NCBI GenBank assembly: GCA_016202545.1
Contig: JACQON010000032.1
Location: 37,453-101,452, forward strand
DNA from: Chloroflexota bacterium
GTDB lineage: Bacteria > Chloroflexota > Dehalococcoidia > Dehalococcoidales > JACQON01
Direction: 5' to 3'
Length of the DNA stretch: 64,000 nt
Below the pieces are notes generated by a model that saw nothing but the letters and a program-made list of their open reading frames with translations, did no database searches and was not told the origin of the DNA. A program made the position numbers and the translations under genes. The stretch's first letter is position 1; each line of letters opens with the position of its first letter. Positions 54,989-64,000 of the stretch are shown here, piece by piece.

Positions 54989-55793
54989 ATTGGAGCATCT
55001 GCTCTCATCATGGCCAGAGGTTGCTGAGGAGCTAAGAGACGCCAGACACGTCTTGCTGCTCATCGACTACGACGGCACTCTCACTCCCATCGTGGAGAGG
55101 CCGGAACTGGCCGAGCTTTCGGAGACGGCGAAGCGACTACTTGAGGAACTGGCTCACCAGAGTCGCTTTATAGTGGGCATAATTAGCGGCAGGGCGCTGG
55201 CAGACCTCAAGGATAAAGTCGGTATCAGCGGCATAATCTATGCGGGAAACCATGGGTTGGAAATAGAAGGTCCCGGGATTTGCTTTACCAATCCGGTGGC
55301 AGAGGAGTTGAGCCCGGTTCTTCAGGCTATGTCCGATGAATTGAGTCAGGCGGTGAGTACGATTAAGGGTGTGTTTGTGGAGAATAAAGGGCTCACCCTC
55401 AGCGTTCATTACCGTCTTGCCGAGGAAGGTCGGGCCGAAGACGTGGAAAGAATCGTAAGGCAGGTCATCGGCAGCACTGAAGCTGCGGAACGCGTGAAGA
55501 TAACATACGGCAAGAAGGTCTATGAGGTGAGGCCGGATGTAGTCTGGGACAAAGGCAAAGCCCTGGAGCTATTGATAACGAGGTATAGCAAAGAGGGCAG
55601 GAGAAGCGAACTGCTGCCGGTCTACTTCGGTGATGACCTGACCGATGAAGACGGGTTCAGGGTTATCAAGGACTATAGAAGCGGCATCTCGGTCTTTGTC
55701 GGCGATGAAAGCCAGCAAAGCAGCGCGCGCTATTTCTTGAAGTCGCCGGCAGAAGTGACCACTTTTCTGGAGATGTTGCTCGAGCAGGATTGA
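54972..55793 (+). CDS. otsB: Trehalose-6-phosphate phosphatase
   Basis: DYDGTL, ISGR, GNHG.E, KGKA, GDDLTDEDGF. Confidence 0.96.
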   Translation: MNLENELEHLLSSWPEVAEELRDARHVLLLIDYDGTLTPIVERPELAELSETAKRLLEELAHQSRFIVGIISGRALADLKDKVGISGIIYAGNHGLEIEGPGICFTNPVAEELSPVLQAMSDELSQAVSTIKGVFVENKGLTLSVHYRLAEEGRAEDVERIVRQVIGSTEAAERVKITYGKKVYEVRPDVVWDKGKALELLITRYSKEGRRSELLPVYFGDDLTDEDGFRVIKDYRSGISVFVGDESQQSSARYFLKSPAEVTTFLEMLLEQD

Positions 55794-55821
55794 GCAGGTT
55801 CACATTTGGAGTTACTGATAA

Positions 55822-57207
55822 ATGGCACAGTGGCTAACTGACTGGCTAATCGCTAACTGGCTTAAAATAGCTGTGCCGGTGCTGGCTTTCCTCGCTACCT
55901 ACGTCGTTAGCCTGTGGCTGGTAAGAGTTTTAGATAACGCCTTCAGGCGCTGGACAGCCAGGGTAGGATGGGAAGCAGGCCAGATGGTAGCGGGAGCGGT
56001 GCGTCGCTCTCTCCTCTTCTGGTTTCTGCTGCTGGGCGCTCTTATTGCTATTCAAGTGTCGGTATTGTCTCCGCAGGTCAAAGGTATAATTGGCAAGGGA
56101 ATTGGCAGCTTATTTGGTCTGTCCCTGGGGTGGGCGGTTATCGTCTTGAGCGAAAAACTGCTCAAGCTGTATTTGCCTAAGATGAAGGCTCCCCAACCAA
56201 CCATCGCCCTGGCAATAAATGTTGTCAGAGTCACCATCATCGTTATCGGCGCACTGATAATACTTGAAATTTGGGGTATGCCTACCAGCCCTCTTCTGGT
56301 CCTCATAGCCGTGGCAGTCCTGGCGGCGGCACTGTTCTTAAGAAACGCCGCGCCCAACCTATTTTCCGGATTCCAGCTTGGTGCCACCCGGCAGATTGAT
56401 GTTGGTGACTACATCAAGCTGGAGACGGGAGAGGAAGGCTATGTTACTGAGATAGGCTGGAGCAATATACAGATTAAAGGCCTGGACGAAAGCATCATTA
56501 TCATCCCCAACAGCCGGCTTCTCCAGCATACCGTTATCAACTACGGGCGTCCTCTTAAAAAGGCGAAAGAGCCCTTCCGTTTCTCCAGCCGGACTCACTT
56601 GACCGAGCTGACCGGGCTTAAAGCGAAGGACTTGAGACAACTCGTTGATATTCTAAGAGAGGCGCCTGATGCCGTAGTTTACCATCATACGCATCGCTTT
56701 CTGCAGGAGTACCATTACCTGACTCCCGCGCCGTCGAACGATTTCGCTATTTGGATAAGCGATGCGCTGGGCGATGAGGTCCTGGGAGAAACACTGGCCA
56801 GCGTTGATACTTTTGAGTTCCCCAATCTGGGAGCACTCAGGGAAAGGCTGGTTGGCATAATTGAGGAGTATCTTGCCAAAGGGTCTAATTCCAGGGAGGC
56901 AATGCCGGGAAGCGAATTCCACTTTATGAAGTCGGTAAGCGTCATCTTGCCTACCCACTACGTAGCTCGCGACATCAGGGAGTTCGTAGAAGCCCTGCGC
57001 AAGATAAGCCTGGACGCTCTCTATTTTCATATGTTTGAGTCAAGGTTGAGATTGGGAAGAGGGCTTAACGACTTTTCTATCTGGATGCAGGACAGCCTGG
57101 GTGAGGCTGAGCTTGGCGACCAAATCGCTCGGCTTGACCCTTATTCTTATACTCTGGAGGCACTGAGATTAGCACTGATACAGCTTATCGAAAAACGCAT
57201 CAAGTAA
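55822..57207 (+). CDS. MscS-type membrane and beta domain fused to a duplicated DUF5752-like domain
   Basis: TM helices, VGDYIKL...G.V..I.W...IIPNS; two NDF(A/S)IW..D.LG repeats. Confidence 0.8.
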   Translation: MAQWLTDWLIANWLKIAVPVLAFLATYVVSLWLVRVLDNAFRRWTARVGWEAGQMVAGAVRRSLLFWFLLLGALIAIQVSVLSPQVKGIIGKGIGSLFGLSLGWAVIVLSEKLLKLYLPKMKAPQPTIALAINVVRVTIIVIGALIILEIWGMPTSPLLVLIAVAVLAAALFLRNAAPNLFSGFQLGATRQIDVGDYIKLETGEEGYVTEIGWSNIQIKGLDESIIIIPNSRLLQHTVINYGRPLKKAKEPFRFSSRTHLTELTGLKAKDLRQLVDILREAPDAVVYHHTHRFLQEYHYLTPAPSNDFAIWISDALGDEVLGETLASVDTFEFPNLGALRERLVGIIEEYLAKGSNSREAMPGSEFHFMKSVSVILPTHYVARDIREFVEALRKISLDALYFHMFESRLRLGRGLNDFSIWMQDSLGEAELGDQIARLDPYSYTLEALRLALIQLIEKRIK

Positions 57208-58427
57208 ACATCGCCGACTATGAGCCCATCGTTGGCCGGAGCACCATTGAGGAGCTCAGACTGCTGGGGGCAAAGCTGTCGGGCAAGGTTGTTCAAACAA
57301 TCAACTCCACCTTCAGCGGCGGAGGAGTCGCCGAGATTTTGAGCCGCATGGTGCCGCTGCTGGAACAGCTTGGCGTCGATACCCGATGGAGTGTCATCAA
57401 GGGTAACGATGACTTTTTCCAGGTGACCAAGAAATTCCACAACGCCCTCCACGGCAGACAGGAGAAAATAACTGAGCATGACTTTGCGGTGTTCATGGAA
57501 ACCACCAAAAGGAACGCTGAGGAGGTGGAGCTATACGGAGACATCATCTTCATTCATGACCCTCAGCCGGTCGGCCTGGTGGCTCGGAAGCATGAGATAG
57601 GCAAGAAATGGGTCTGGCGCTGCCACATCGACCTCTCACATCCCGATGAGAAAGTGTGGAATTTTATTCAGCCGTTCGTGCTCCAGTATGATGAGGCGGT
57701 TTTCTCGGCGCCAAGCTTTTCTCGCGAGCTGCCTATCCGGCAGTTTCTAATCAGGCCGTCCATAGACCCGCTCAGCGATAAGAACAAGGAGCTCTCACAG
57801 TCGTTAATCGATTCGGTCTTGACCAAGTACGGCATACCTAAGGACAAACCCATTATCACCCAGGTATCACGTTTTGATTACCTCAAAGACCCGGTAGGGG
57901 TAATCCAGGCTTTCGAGCTGGTGCGGAGGAACATGGACTGCCAGCTTGTCCTTGCCGGTGGCACTGCCACCGATGACCCTGAGTCTGACAAAGTGCTGGC
58001 TGAGGTAAGAGAACGGGCCGGGAATAATCCTGATATACATGTGCTGCTGGTGCCACCGGGCAGCGATATTGAGATAAACGCTTTGCAAAGGGCGTCCACC
58101 ATCGTTGTTCAGAAATCGCTGCGGGAGGGCTTCGGGCTTACCGTAAGCGAGGCATTGTGGAAGGCAAAGCCGGTGGTGGCTTCGGCGGTGGGTGGGATAC
58201 CTTTCCAGGTTAAAAACAAGTTCACCGGCCTCCTTTCTCACGGAATAGAAGGGACGGCTTACGCCTTGAAGCAACTGCTGGCCAACCCGGGATACGCCAG
58301 GTGGCTGGGGGAGAACGGCAGAGAGCACGTCAGATATAATTTTTTGATAACCCGCCACCTCAGGGATTATCTGCTTTTGTTCCTGTTTCTTGACTACTCC
58401 AGCGATGTAGATGTAATGTACCTGTAA
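57204..58427 (+). CDS. treT: TreT-like GT4 glycosyltransferase (trehalose synthase), no canonical start codon
   Basis: INSTFSGGGVAEIL (upstream of the called start), IHDPQP, WRCHID, SRFD..KDP, EGFGLTVSEA. Confidence 0.85.
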   Translation, partial: VNIADYEPIVGRSTIEELRLLGAKLSGKVVQTINSTFSGGGVAEILSRMVPLLEQLGVDTRWSVIKGNDDFFQVTKKFHNALHGRQEKITEHDFAVFMETTKRNAEEVELYGDIIFIHDPQPVGLVARKHEIGKKWVWRCHIDLSHPDEKVWNFIQPFVLQYDEAVFSAPSFSRELPIRQFLIRPSIDPLSDKNKELSQSLIDSVLTKYGIPKDKPIITQVSRFDYLKDPVGVIQAFELVRRNMDCQLVLAGGTATDDPESDKVLAEVRERAGNNPDIHVLLVPPGSDIEINALQRASTIVVQKSLREGFGLTVSEALWKAKPVVASAVGGIPFQVKNKFTGLLSHGIEGTAYALKQLLANPGYARWLGENGREHVRYNFLITRHLRDYLLLFLFLDYSSDVDVMYL

Positions 58428-58575
58428 GTTTCGCTGGTCTCGCCTTGTCCTTCCCTAGTGGCCTGTCAGACTAATGAGCGTGCTTTCTCAAGACCAACCG
58501 TTGTATAATCTCGGTTGGCTGCCCTGCGGCGGCACAACAGAGCGGAACATTGCACAATCATACGAATATTTGCCG

Positions 58576-58703
58576 GTGACCTCATCCCCTTTATCCCCTT
58601 CCCCTGCCTAGGAGAAGGGGAAGAGATTTCAGAGAGGGGGCTGCGCCCCCTCTCTGCTACTTAACTCCCCCTTCCCGACGGGAAGGGGGTCGGGGGGATG
58701 GGC
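58576..58703. repeat. Family A hairpin core
   Basis: GTGACCTCATCCCC..., GAGGGGGCTGCGCCCCCTC, CCCCTTCCC/GGGAAGGGG. Confidence 0.8.
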
Positions 58704-58762
58704 AACCGTTTCAGCAAAACGGTTGATTTCACTCAATAGTATCTCGATTTGCCTGACAGATA

Positions 58763-59752
58763 TTAGCTTGCGCTGCCTCTTCCCTTGCCAGTAAACGCCT
58801 TCATGACTGATGACAGCGATTTAGCTGGCATTCTCCGCTCCATCCCGGGAAATAGGCTGACCAATCCTCCCGGCAGGAGAAGGAGGATAGTAATCAGCAT
58901 CAGCCCATAGACCAGAGGCACCCACATTTGCAGGCCACGCAGCAGTTCAGCGATAACGGTGAGGACAAGCACGCCGACAATAGGCCCGGCGTAGCTATCT
59001 TTGCCCCCCACCATCAGGTAAATGAAGATGAATAGCATGAAATCCCAGCCGAACTGGGGTGGCGCTACCGCCTGGGTCATATGGGCCAGAAGAATGCCGG
59101 CCACACCGGCAAAGGATGAGCCGATGATAAAGGTGATGACCTTATATTGCCTGGAGCTTATGCCGACATGCTGGGCCAGGGACTCGTTCTGGCCGCAGGA
59201 CTTCACAATATAGCCGAAGCTGGACTTCTCCAGCCAGTACATCAGCCCGGCGCAGAGCAAAGTCACCATCAATATCAAGAAGTAATATGGAACTAAAGTA
59301 GTGAAGGGCTCGGGACGGGGGATGTTCACCAGACCCTGGTGGCCTCCGAAAAGACGCGGGAACATGAGCCAGAGATACCTGATTGCCTCGCCGATGGCGA
59401 AACTGGCCAGGAAAAAGAAGAAGAACTTGGTCCTCATCAGCGGGAAACTTATCATCCCGGCGATAGCTGCCGTAATCAAAATTGCCAGCGGCGCGGCCAG
59501 CCAGAAGGGCCAGTCCAGCCGGGTTATCAACAGGCCGCTGCTGTAGGCGCCAACGCCCATAAAAGCGGCGTGGGCAAAAGACCATTCCCCGATGAGGGTT
59601 ATAAAGCGGAAACTCAACGTAGCGATAATGGAAATCAGCGCCAGAGAAAGAAGATACACATAGTAAGAAGGCAAAACAAATGGCAGGACGATGACCAGGG
59701 CTATCAAAATTGCGTAGGCAATGAGCTTGGCTGAGTTGTTATTTGGCGCCAC
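58763..59752 (-). CDS. livM: HAAT-family ABC permease
   Basis: SFAHAAFMGVGAY, GGHQGL, LMVGG, GPIVG. Confidence 0.92.
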   Translation of the reverse strand: MAPNNNSAKLIAYAILIALVIVLPFVLPSYYVYLLSLALISIIATLSFRFITLIGEWSFAHAAFMGVGAYSSGLLITRLDWPFWLAAPLAILITAAIAGMISFPLMRTKFFFFFLASFAIGEAIRYLWLMFPRLFGGHQGLVNIPRPEPFTTLVPYYFLILMVTLLCAGLMYWLEKSSFGYIVKSCGQNESLAQHVGISSRQYKVITFIIGSSFAGVAGILLAHMTQAVAPPQFGWDFMLFIFIYLMVGGKDSYAGPIVGVLVLTVIAELLRGLQMWVPLVYGLMLITILLLLPGGLVSLFPGMERRMPAKSLSSVMKAFTGKGRGSAS

Positions 59753-60605
59753 CTAGCAGCCCCTCCGGTCTAGTCGTTATGACGATGAATAGGACCAGTA
59801 CTGCGAACAAGTTGACCACCACTGCGTCGAAGAATGAGAGCAGAATGCCATCCAGGAAACCAAATACCACGGCGGCAAGAACGGTCCCGCGCAGGTTCCC
59901 CATGCCGCCTACAATTACTATTATGAAAGTCTTCCAGATAAAGGATAGCCCCATGTAGGGGGTAACAGCGACCAGAGGAGACATCATCGTCCCCGCGGCA
60001 GCCGCCAGGGCGGCAGCCAGGGCAAAGGCGATGAGGTTAACCCGTTGCACATTTACGCCCTGCAGGGAAGCCGCTTCCCTATCCTGGGCGCAAGCTCGCA
60101 CGGCGCGGCCGATACGCGTCCTCTGTAAGAAGATACCCAGCGAGCCCAGGGCAACCACGGCAAAGGGTATCACCGCTATCCTGTTGAGGGCCACGGAAGC
60201 GTCTACCAGACGTATGACGCCGGGGAAAGGATTGACAATGAGCTGGGGGTGAAATAGTCCGCCCAGGGTCTGCCCCACCACTACCTGGATAGCGAACGAT
60301 AAGCCTATAGAGGCCAGGAAGCCTTCCAGCAGCCTTCCCTGTAGACGCCGAAAAATCAGCAGATAGGCCACGGCGGCTACGATGGCCACGGCGACTATCG
60401 CTATCGGGATGGTGATTAAAAAGGGGAAGGCGAGCTTGGTATAGAAAAACCATACGGCGTAGGCGCCGAGCATATAGAACTCGCCATGGGTGAAGTTTAG
60501 AATGCGCATGACGCCGTAGACCAGGGTCAATCCTATCGATGCCGCGCAATAGAAGCTGGCCAGCATCAGTGCATTAACGAAGGTCTGCACAAGAACGGTT
60601 TCCAT
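59739..60605 (-). CDS. livH: HAAT-family ABC permease
   Basis: GLTLVYGVMRILNFTHGE, GRAVRA, IVGGMG. Confidence 0.93.
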   Translation of the reverse strand: METVLVQTFVNALMLASFYCAASIGLTLVYGVMRILNFTHGEFYMLGAYAVWFFYTKLAFPFLITIPIAIVAVAIVAAVAYLLIFRRLQGRLLEGFLASIGLSFAIQVVVGQTLGGLFHPQLIVNPFPGVIRLVDASVALNRIAVIPFAVVALGSLGIFLQRTRIGRAVRACAQDREAASLQGVNVQRVNLIAFALAAALAAAAGTMMSPLVAVTPYMGLSFIWKTFIIVIVGGMGNLRGTVLAAVVFGFLDGILLSFFDAVVVNLFAVLVLFIVITTRPEGLLGGAK

Positions 60606-60801
60606 GTTTCAGCCTCTTTGAGTCCCGTCTCTGGCCACAGTTACCCTGGCATTGTACACAGTAACTGACAGCCTGCGCCCCACGCTGGACCGGGAGAGCA
60701 GGGATTCTGCCCCCCGGCCCAATTTAGAGGCGTGCCGCCAGGTATAGCGCCTTGTTTTATGTACCTGTTCTTCAGGCTTTATTTAAGGTATGGACCCGGG
60801 A

Positions 60802-62067
60802 CTACTTCTGCGTGCCAACCCAAAGTTGTCCCGCAGCCTTGGCGTATTTGGCAAGGATGGCGTTGTTTTTCTTATACCAGTCAGTGAATGAGCCTGCCGG
60901 TACATTTGTCATTACGCCGTTCTTTATCTCTACTATATAGGACTGCCTGGGGAAAAGGACGTTGTCCACTCCGTAGATTTCCTTACCTATCCAGTCTGCT
61001 GGCCCCCAGGAAGTGGGGACGCCGCTCTGACTCTTGAGGAAGGCAAACGCCTTCTCCGGGTTGGTAGTGCCGGCTTGCTCCATTGCCCATGCCCATATCA
61101 TCGCTGACTCGCGGTACAGCATGGCATCTGTCACGTACTCGCCTGCCCATCTGCGTTCATATTCGTCTTTCCATTCCTTGCCACCGAGCTGGCCTCCCGG
61201 ACCGCCTATGTCGGCATAGAGCGCTACGCCTCCCTCCATGAATGACGCAGGCACCTTCTGTAGCAGGTCGGGGATGAACCAGGAGGATGAAGCCCCTTTG
61301 CCCTTGTAGCCTTGCAGGTAAGCCTGCTCGAAGATGGATATCTTGAAGGGGGCGTAAGAAGCTCCAACATCAATGACATCCGGTTTGGTTGCCAGAATGG
61401 CGCTGACCACCGGGGCGAAATCGGCAATTTCCAGTGGGTAGAACTTATCGTATACTATCTCAGCGCCGGCAGATTCCCAGCCTGCCAAGGTAAATACCCT
61501 CGACCCCCAGCCAAAGCCGTCATCCTGAGAGGTGAAAGCCACCCTTTTTATGCCGGAGTTGGCCTTGGTCATATAGGAGCCGACCAGGCCGTATAACTCG
61601 GGATAAATCTGGTTCAGCGCTACCAGGTAGGGATAATTCGGGGAGAATGATACCGTATCCCAGGAAAGGCGAGGCACCTTCATTTCATTGTGGAAGGGCC
61701 CGGTTGCTGGGTCAGTGGGCCCGCCGAAAGATATTATGGCGGTAACCTTGTCTTCCAGTATCATCTTTCTGGCTACGGCCAGAGCTTCAGCACCTTGCGC
61801 TTTATCATCATAGGTGACCAGTTCTACCTTGTATCTTTCACCACCGATGTTAAGCCCGCCGGCAGCATTCACTTTCGCTGCCCATATCTCGGTGCCGCGG
61901 AGACTGGGCGTAATCCAGGCCGCCCCCGGCCCTGATAGGGGGCCTGATTGTCCAATTTTCACTACCTTCGATGGTGACGGCGCTGGCTGGGGCTTAGCGC
62001 AAGCGAATGCCAGAGACAGCGCCACTATCAAGATTAGCCCGGCGATTACCATTGATTTCAGTTTCAT
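60802..62067 (-). CDS. livK: HAAT-family substrate-binding lipoprotein
   Basis: Lipobox AFAC, KIG..GPLSGPGA, VNAAGG, YDD; substrate unknown. Confidence 0.88.
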   Translation of the reverse strand: MKLKSMVIAGLILIVALSLAFACAKPQPAPSPSKVVKIGQSGPLSGPGAAWITPSLRGTEIWAAKVNAAGGLNIGGERYKVELVTYDDKAQGAEALAVARKMILEDKVTAIISFGGPTDPATGPFHNEMKVPRLSWDTVSFSPNYPYLVALNQIYPELYGLVGSYMTKANSGIKRVAFTSQDDGFGWGSRVFTLAGWESAGAEIVYDKFYPLEIADFAPVVSAILATKPDVIDVGASYAPFKISIFEQAYLQGYKGKGASSSWFIPDLLQKVPASFMEGGVALYADIGGPGGQLGGKEWKDEYERRWAGEYVTDAMLYRESAMIWAWAMEQAGTTNPEKAFAFLKSQSGVPTSWGPADWIGKEIYGVDNVLFPRQSYIVEIKNGVMTNVPAGSFTDWYKKNNAILAKYAKAAGQLWVGTQK

Positions 62068-62118
62068 TTTTGCCTCCTTTTTTGAACCAGTTACGCGCAT
62101 TTTGAAGACCCTTTCATG

Positions 62119-62832
62119 TCATGCTGCACCTCCTAGATAGACCTTTTTCAGTCGGTCCATGGTGATAAGCTCCTTTCTGGTGCCCTCCAGGGTGATGGTC
62201 CCATTCTCCAGAACATAAGCCATATCGGAAAGGTCGAGGGCAACTTTAGCGTTTTGCTCCACCAGCACAACGCCAAAGTTCCTCCTTACCTTGATATCCG
62301 CTATCACCCGGAACACTTCCTTAACTATTACCGGCGCCAGCCCTAGAGATGGCTCATCCATAAGCATAATCTTGGGCCGTGCCATCAAGCCACGGCCAAG
62401 GGCGAGCATCTGCTGCTCTCCTCCACTCAGTGTACCTGCGGCCTGATGTTGCCTTTGTCGTAAGATAGGGAAGAGGGTACAGACCTCTTCCAGGTCTTTT
62501 TTGATGTCATTTTTACTTTTTGTTAAGAAGGCTCCCATGTAGAGATTCTCGATGACCGTCATATCAGGGAATAGCCGCCTGCGCTCGGGGACATGGACGA
62601 TGCCCAGCCTGACGATGTCCTGGGGGGATAGCCGGTCTATCCTCTTGCCTTCAAACCAGATTTCTCCGGCAGAGGGGCGAATCAAGCCAGATATGGCTCT
62701 CAGGGTAGTGGTCTTGCCGGCCCCGTTAGCGCCAAGAAGGGCAACCATGCTCCCGCTATCGGCCGTGATAGACACGCCAGCCAGGACTTCGGCCTTCCCG
62801 TAGCGGACCCTGATGCCCTTTACTTCAAGCAA
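62119..62832 (-). CDS. livF: HAAT-family ABC ATPase
   Basis: GANGAGKT, LSGGEQQMLA, DEPSLGLAP, VEQN. Confidence 0.95.
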   Translation of the reverse strand: MLEVKGIRVRYGKAEVLAGVSITADSGSMVALLGANGAGKTTTLRAISGLIRPSAGEIWFEGKRIDRLSPQDIVRLGIVHVPERRRLFPDMTVIENLYMGAFLTKSKNDIKKDLEEVCTLFPILRQRQHQAAGTLSGGEQQMLALGRGLMARPKIMLMDEPSLGLAPVIVKEVFRVIADIKVRRNFGVVLVEQNAKVALDLSDMAYVLENGTITLEGTRKELITMDRLKKVYLGGAA

Positions 62833-63562
62833 CTTTCTCTCCCGTTCCCAGGTAAGATTCGATTACCGCCTGGTCCTTCTGTACCTCTTCGGGCTTGCCT
62901 TCGGCTATCTTCTGTCCGAAGTTGAGCACACTGACTTTATCACAGCCCCCCATGATAGCGGTTACGTTGTGCTCAATCCACCAGACGGTCACGCCCGCCT
63001 CTCTTATTCTGCGAATTACATGCACCATCTCAGCGGTCTCTTTGGGGTTCATGCCGCTGAGCGGTTCGTCCAGCAGCAGCAGCCGTGGCCTGGTAGCAAA
63101 GGCGATAGCCAGTTGCAGGGCTCTCTGGTGACCAAAGGGCAGGTCAGAAGCAAGCTTGTCCTTAAATTGAGCTATGCCGACAAGCTCTAACGCGTCCATT
63201 ATCGATTTTTGTTCCCCGTCCCTATCGCCCGTCTCTGCCCTCCTGGCCATATGGGATGCCACCCGGACGTTTTCCATGACGGTGAAACCACCGAAAAGGG
63301 AGACCTGCTGGAAAGTCCGGGCAATCAGTTTCCTGGTGACTACGTTTGGCGGCTTGCCGGTTATGTCCTCGCCGCGATAGACTACGCTGCCTCTGTCAGG
63401 CCTGTAAATCCCGGTGATGACATTGAAAAGCGTGGTCTTTCCCGAACCGTTAGGCCCGATAAGTCCCCTTATCTCCCCTTCTTCAATCTCCAGGTCCAGG
63501 TCTCTGACCGCCACCAGGCCGCCAAAGTGCTTCCAGACCCTCTTAACCTCTAGCAGCGCCAT
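62825..63562 (-). CDS. livG: HAAT-family ABC ATPase
   Basis: FGGLVAV, GPNGSGKT, RTFQ, LDEP, IEH. Confidence 0.95.
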   Translation of the reverse strand: MALLEVKRVWKHFGGLVAVRDLDLEIEEGEIRGLIGPNGSGKTTLFNVITGIYRPDRGSVVYRGEDITGKPPNVVTRKLIARTFQQVSLFGGFTVMENVRVASHMARRAETGDRDGEQKSIMDALELVGIAQFKDKLASDLPFGHQRALQLAIAFATRPRLLLLDEPLSGMNPKETAEMVHVIRRIREAGVTVWWIEHNVTAIMGGCDKVSVLNFGQKIAEGKPEEVQKDQAVIESYLGTGEKVA

Positions 63563-63613
63563 TCTCCACTCCTGGCTTTCCCATTACTCATGATGATAGG
63601 GTCTCCTTTCCGT

Positions 63614-64000
63614 TCATTTGGCTTTGACGGCATCATGTTTTTCCTGGAGCGCGCGCATAATTTTCACCGGCGTTATCGGCAGGTCTTTAATTCTTACTCC
63701 CACGGCGTCATATATGGCATTGGCAATAGCCGCCGCCGGGCAGATTATGCCGGGTTCACCAACGCCTTTGTTCCCCAGGGGAATATCAGGGTCAATGGCC
63801 TCAACGATGAATGTCTGCATGTCAGGCAAGTCGGCTGCTGTTGGCAGCTTATACTCCATGATGGACGGAGTGCGCAGGTGGCCGTCCTGGCTATCGTATG
63901 TCAGGCCCTCTTCCAGCATCCCGTAGCCAATTCCCTGTCCGGTCGCCCCGTGAATTTGGCCCTCTACGGCGTGGACGTTTATCACTCTGCCGGTGTCATG
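63614..64000 (-). CDS. Xanthine dehydrogenase-family Mo-pterin subunit, C-terminal part (runs in from the right edge)
   Basis: VEGQIHG..QGIG, KGVGEP, AAIANAIYDA, LPITP. Confidence 0.9.
   Translation of the reverse strand, partial: HDTGRVINVHAVEGQIHGATGQGIGYGMLEEGLTYDSQDGHLRTPSIMEYKLPTAADLPDMQTFIVEAIDPDIPLGNKGVGEPGIICPAAAIANAIYDAVGVRIKDLPITPVKIMRALQEKHDAVKAK

Overview
Chromosomal window, most likely from an anaerobic Dehalococcoidia (Chloroflexota) genome. This is inferred from lipoprotein TRAP/ABC binding proteins with Pro-rich linkers, an AOR-family enzyme, a split archaeal-type glutamate synthase with NrpR, a CetZ-like tubulin and typical intergenic palindromes. Left to right: an uncharacterised lipoprotein pair; a candidate (hetero)aromatic-acid cluster (two TRAP systems, two UbiD decarboxylases, bicupin, nitroreductase, aldehyde:ferredoxin oxidoreductase, Crp/Fnr regulator) containing an orphan promoter-terminator unit (candidate sRNA); an AT-richer ~2.7 kb island at the 3' end of tRNA-Leu(TAG), where three cargo units (divergent ychF, hicBA, SnoaL-like) each follow a degenerate att/recombinase-tail scar; MFS, nth, ABC exporter, orphan dctQM; nrpR plus a 5-gene GOGAT operon; a two-component system with a triple-repeat secreted protein; dnaX-ybaB-recR-[HEPN, RNase H-like]-recO-lysS-serS; CetZ-like; an SbcEF-like (YhaO/YhaN) pair; otsA-otsB-mscS/DUF5752-treT, where treT lacks a canonical start; a liv-type ABC operon; and a partial xanthine-dehydrogenase-family subunit. 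Nested modular palindromic repeats occur in many intergenic regions. No CRISPR array, rRNA, transposase or integrase was seen. All family calls come from motif recognition, not database searches.
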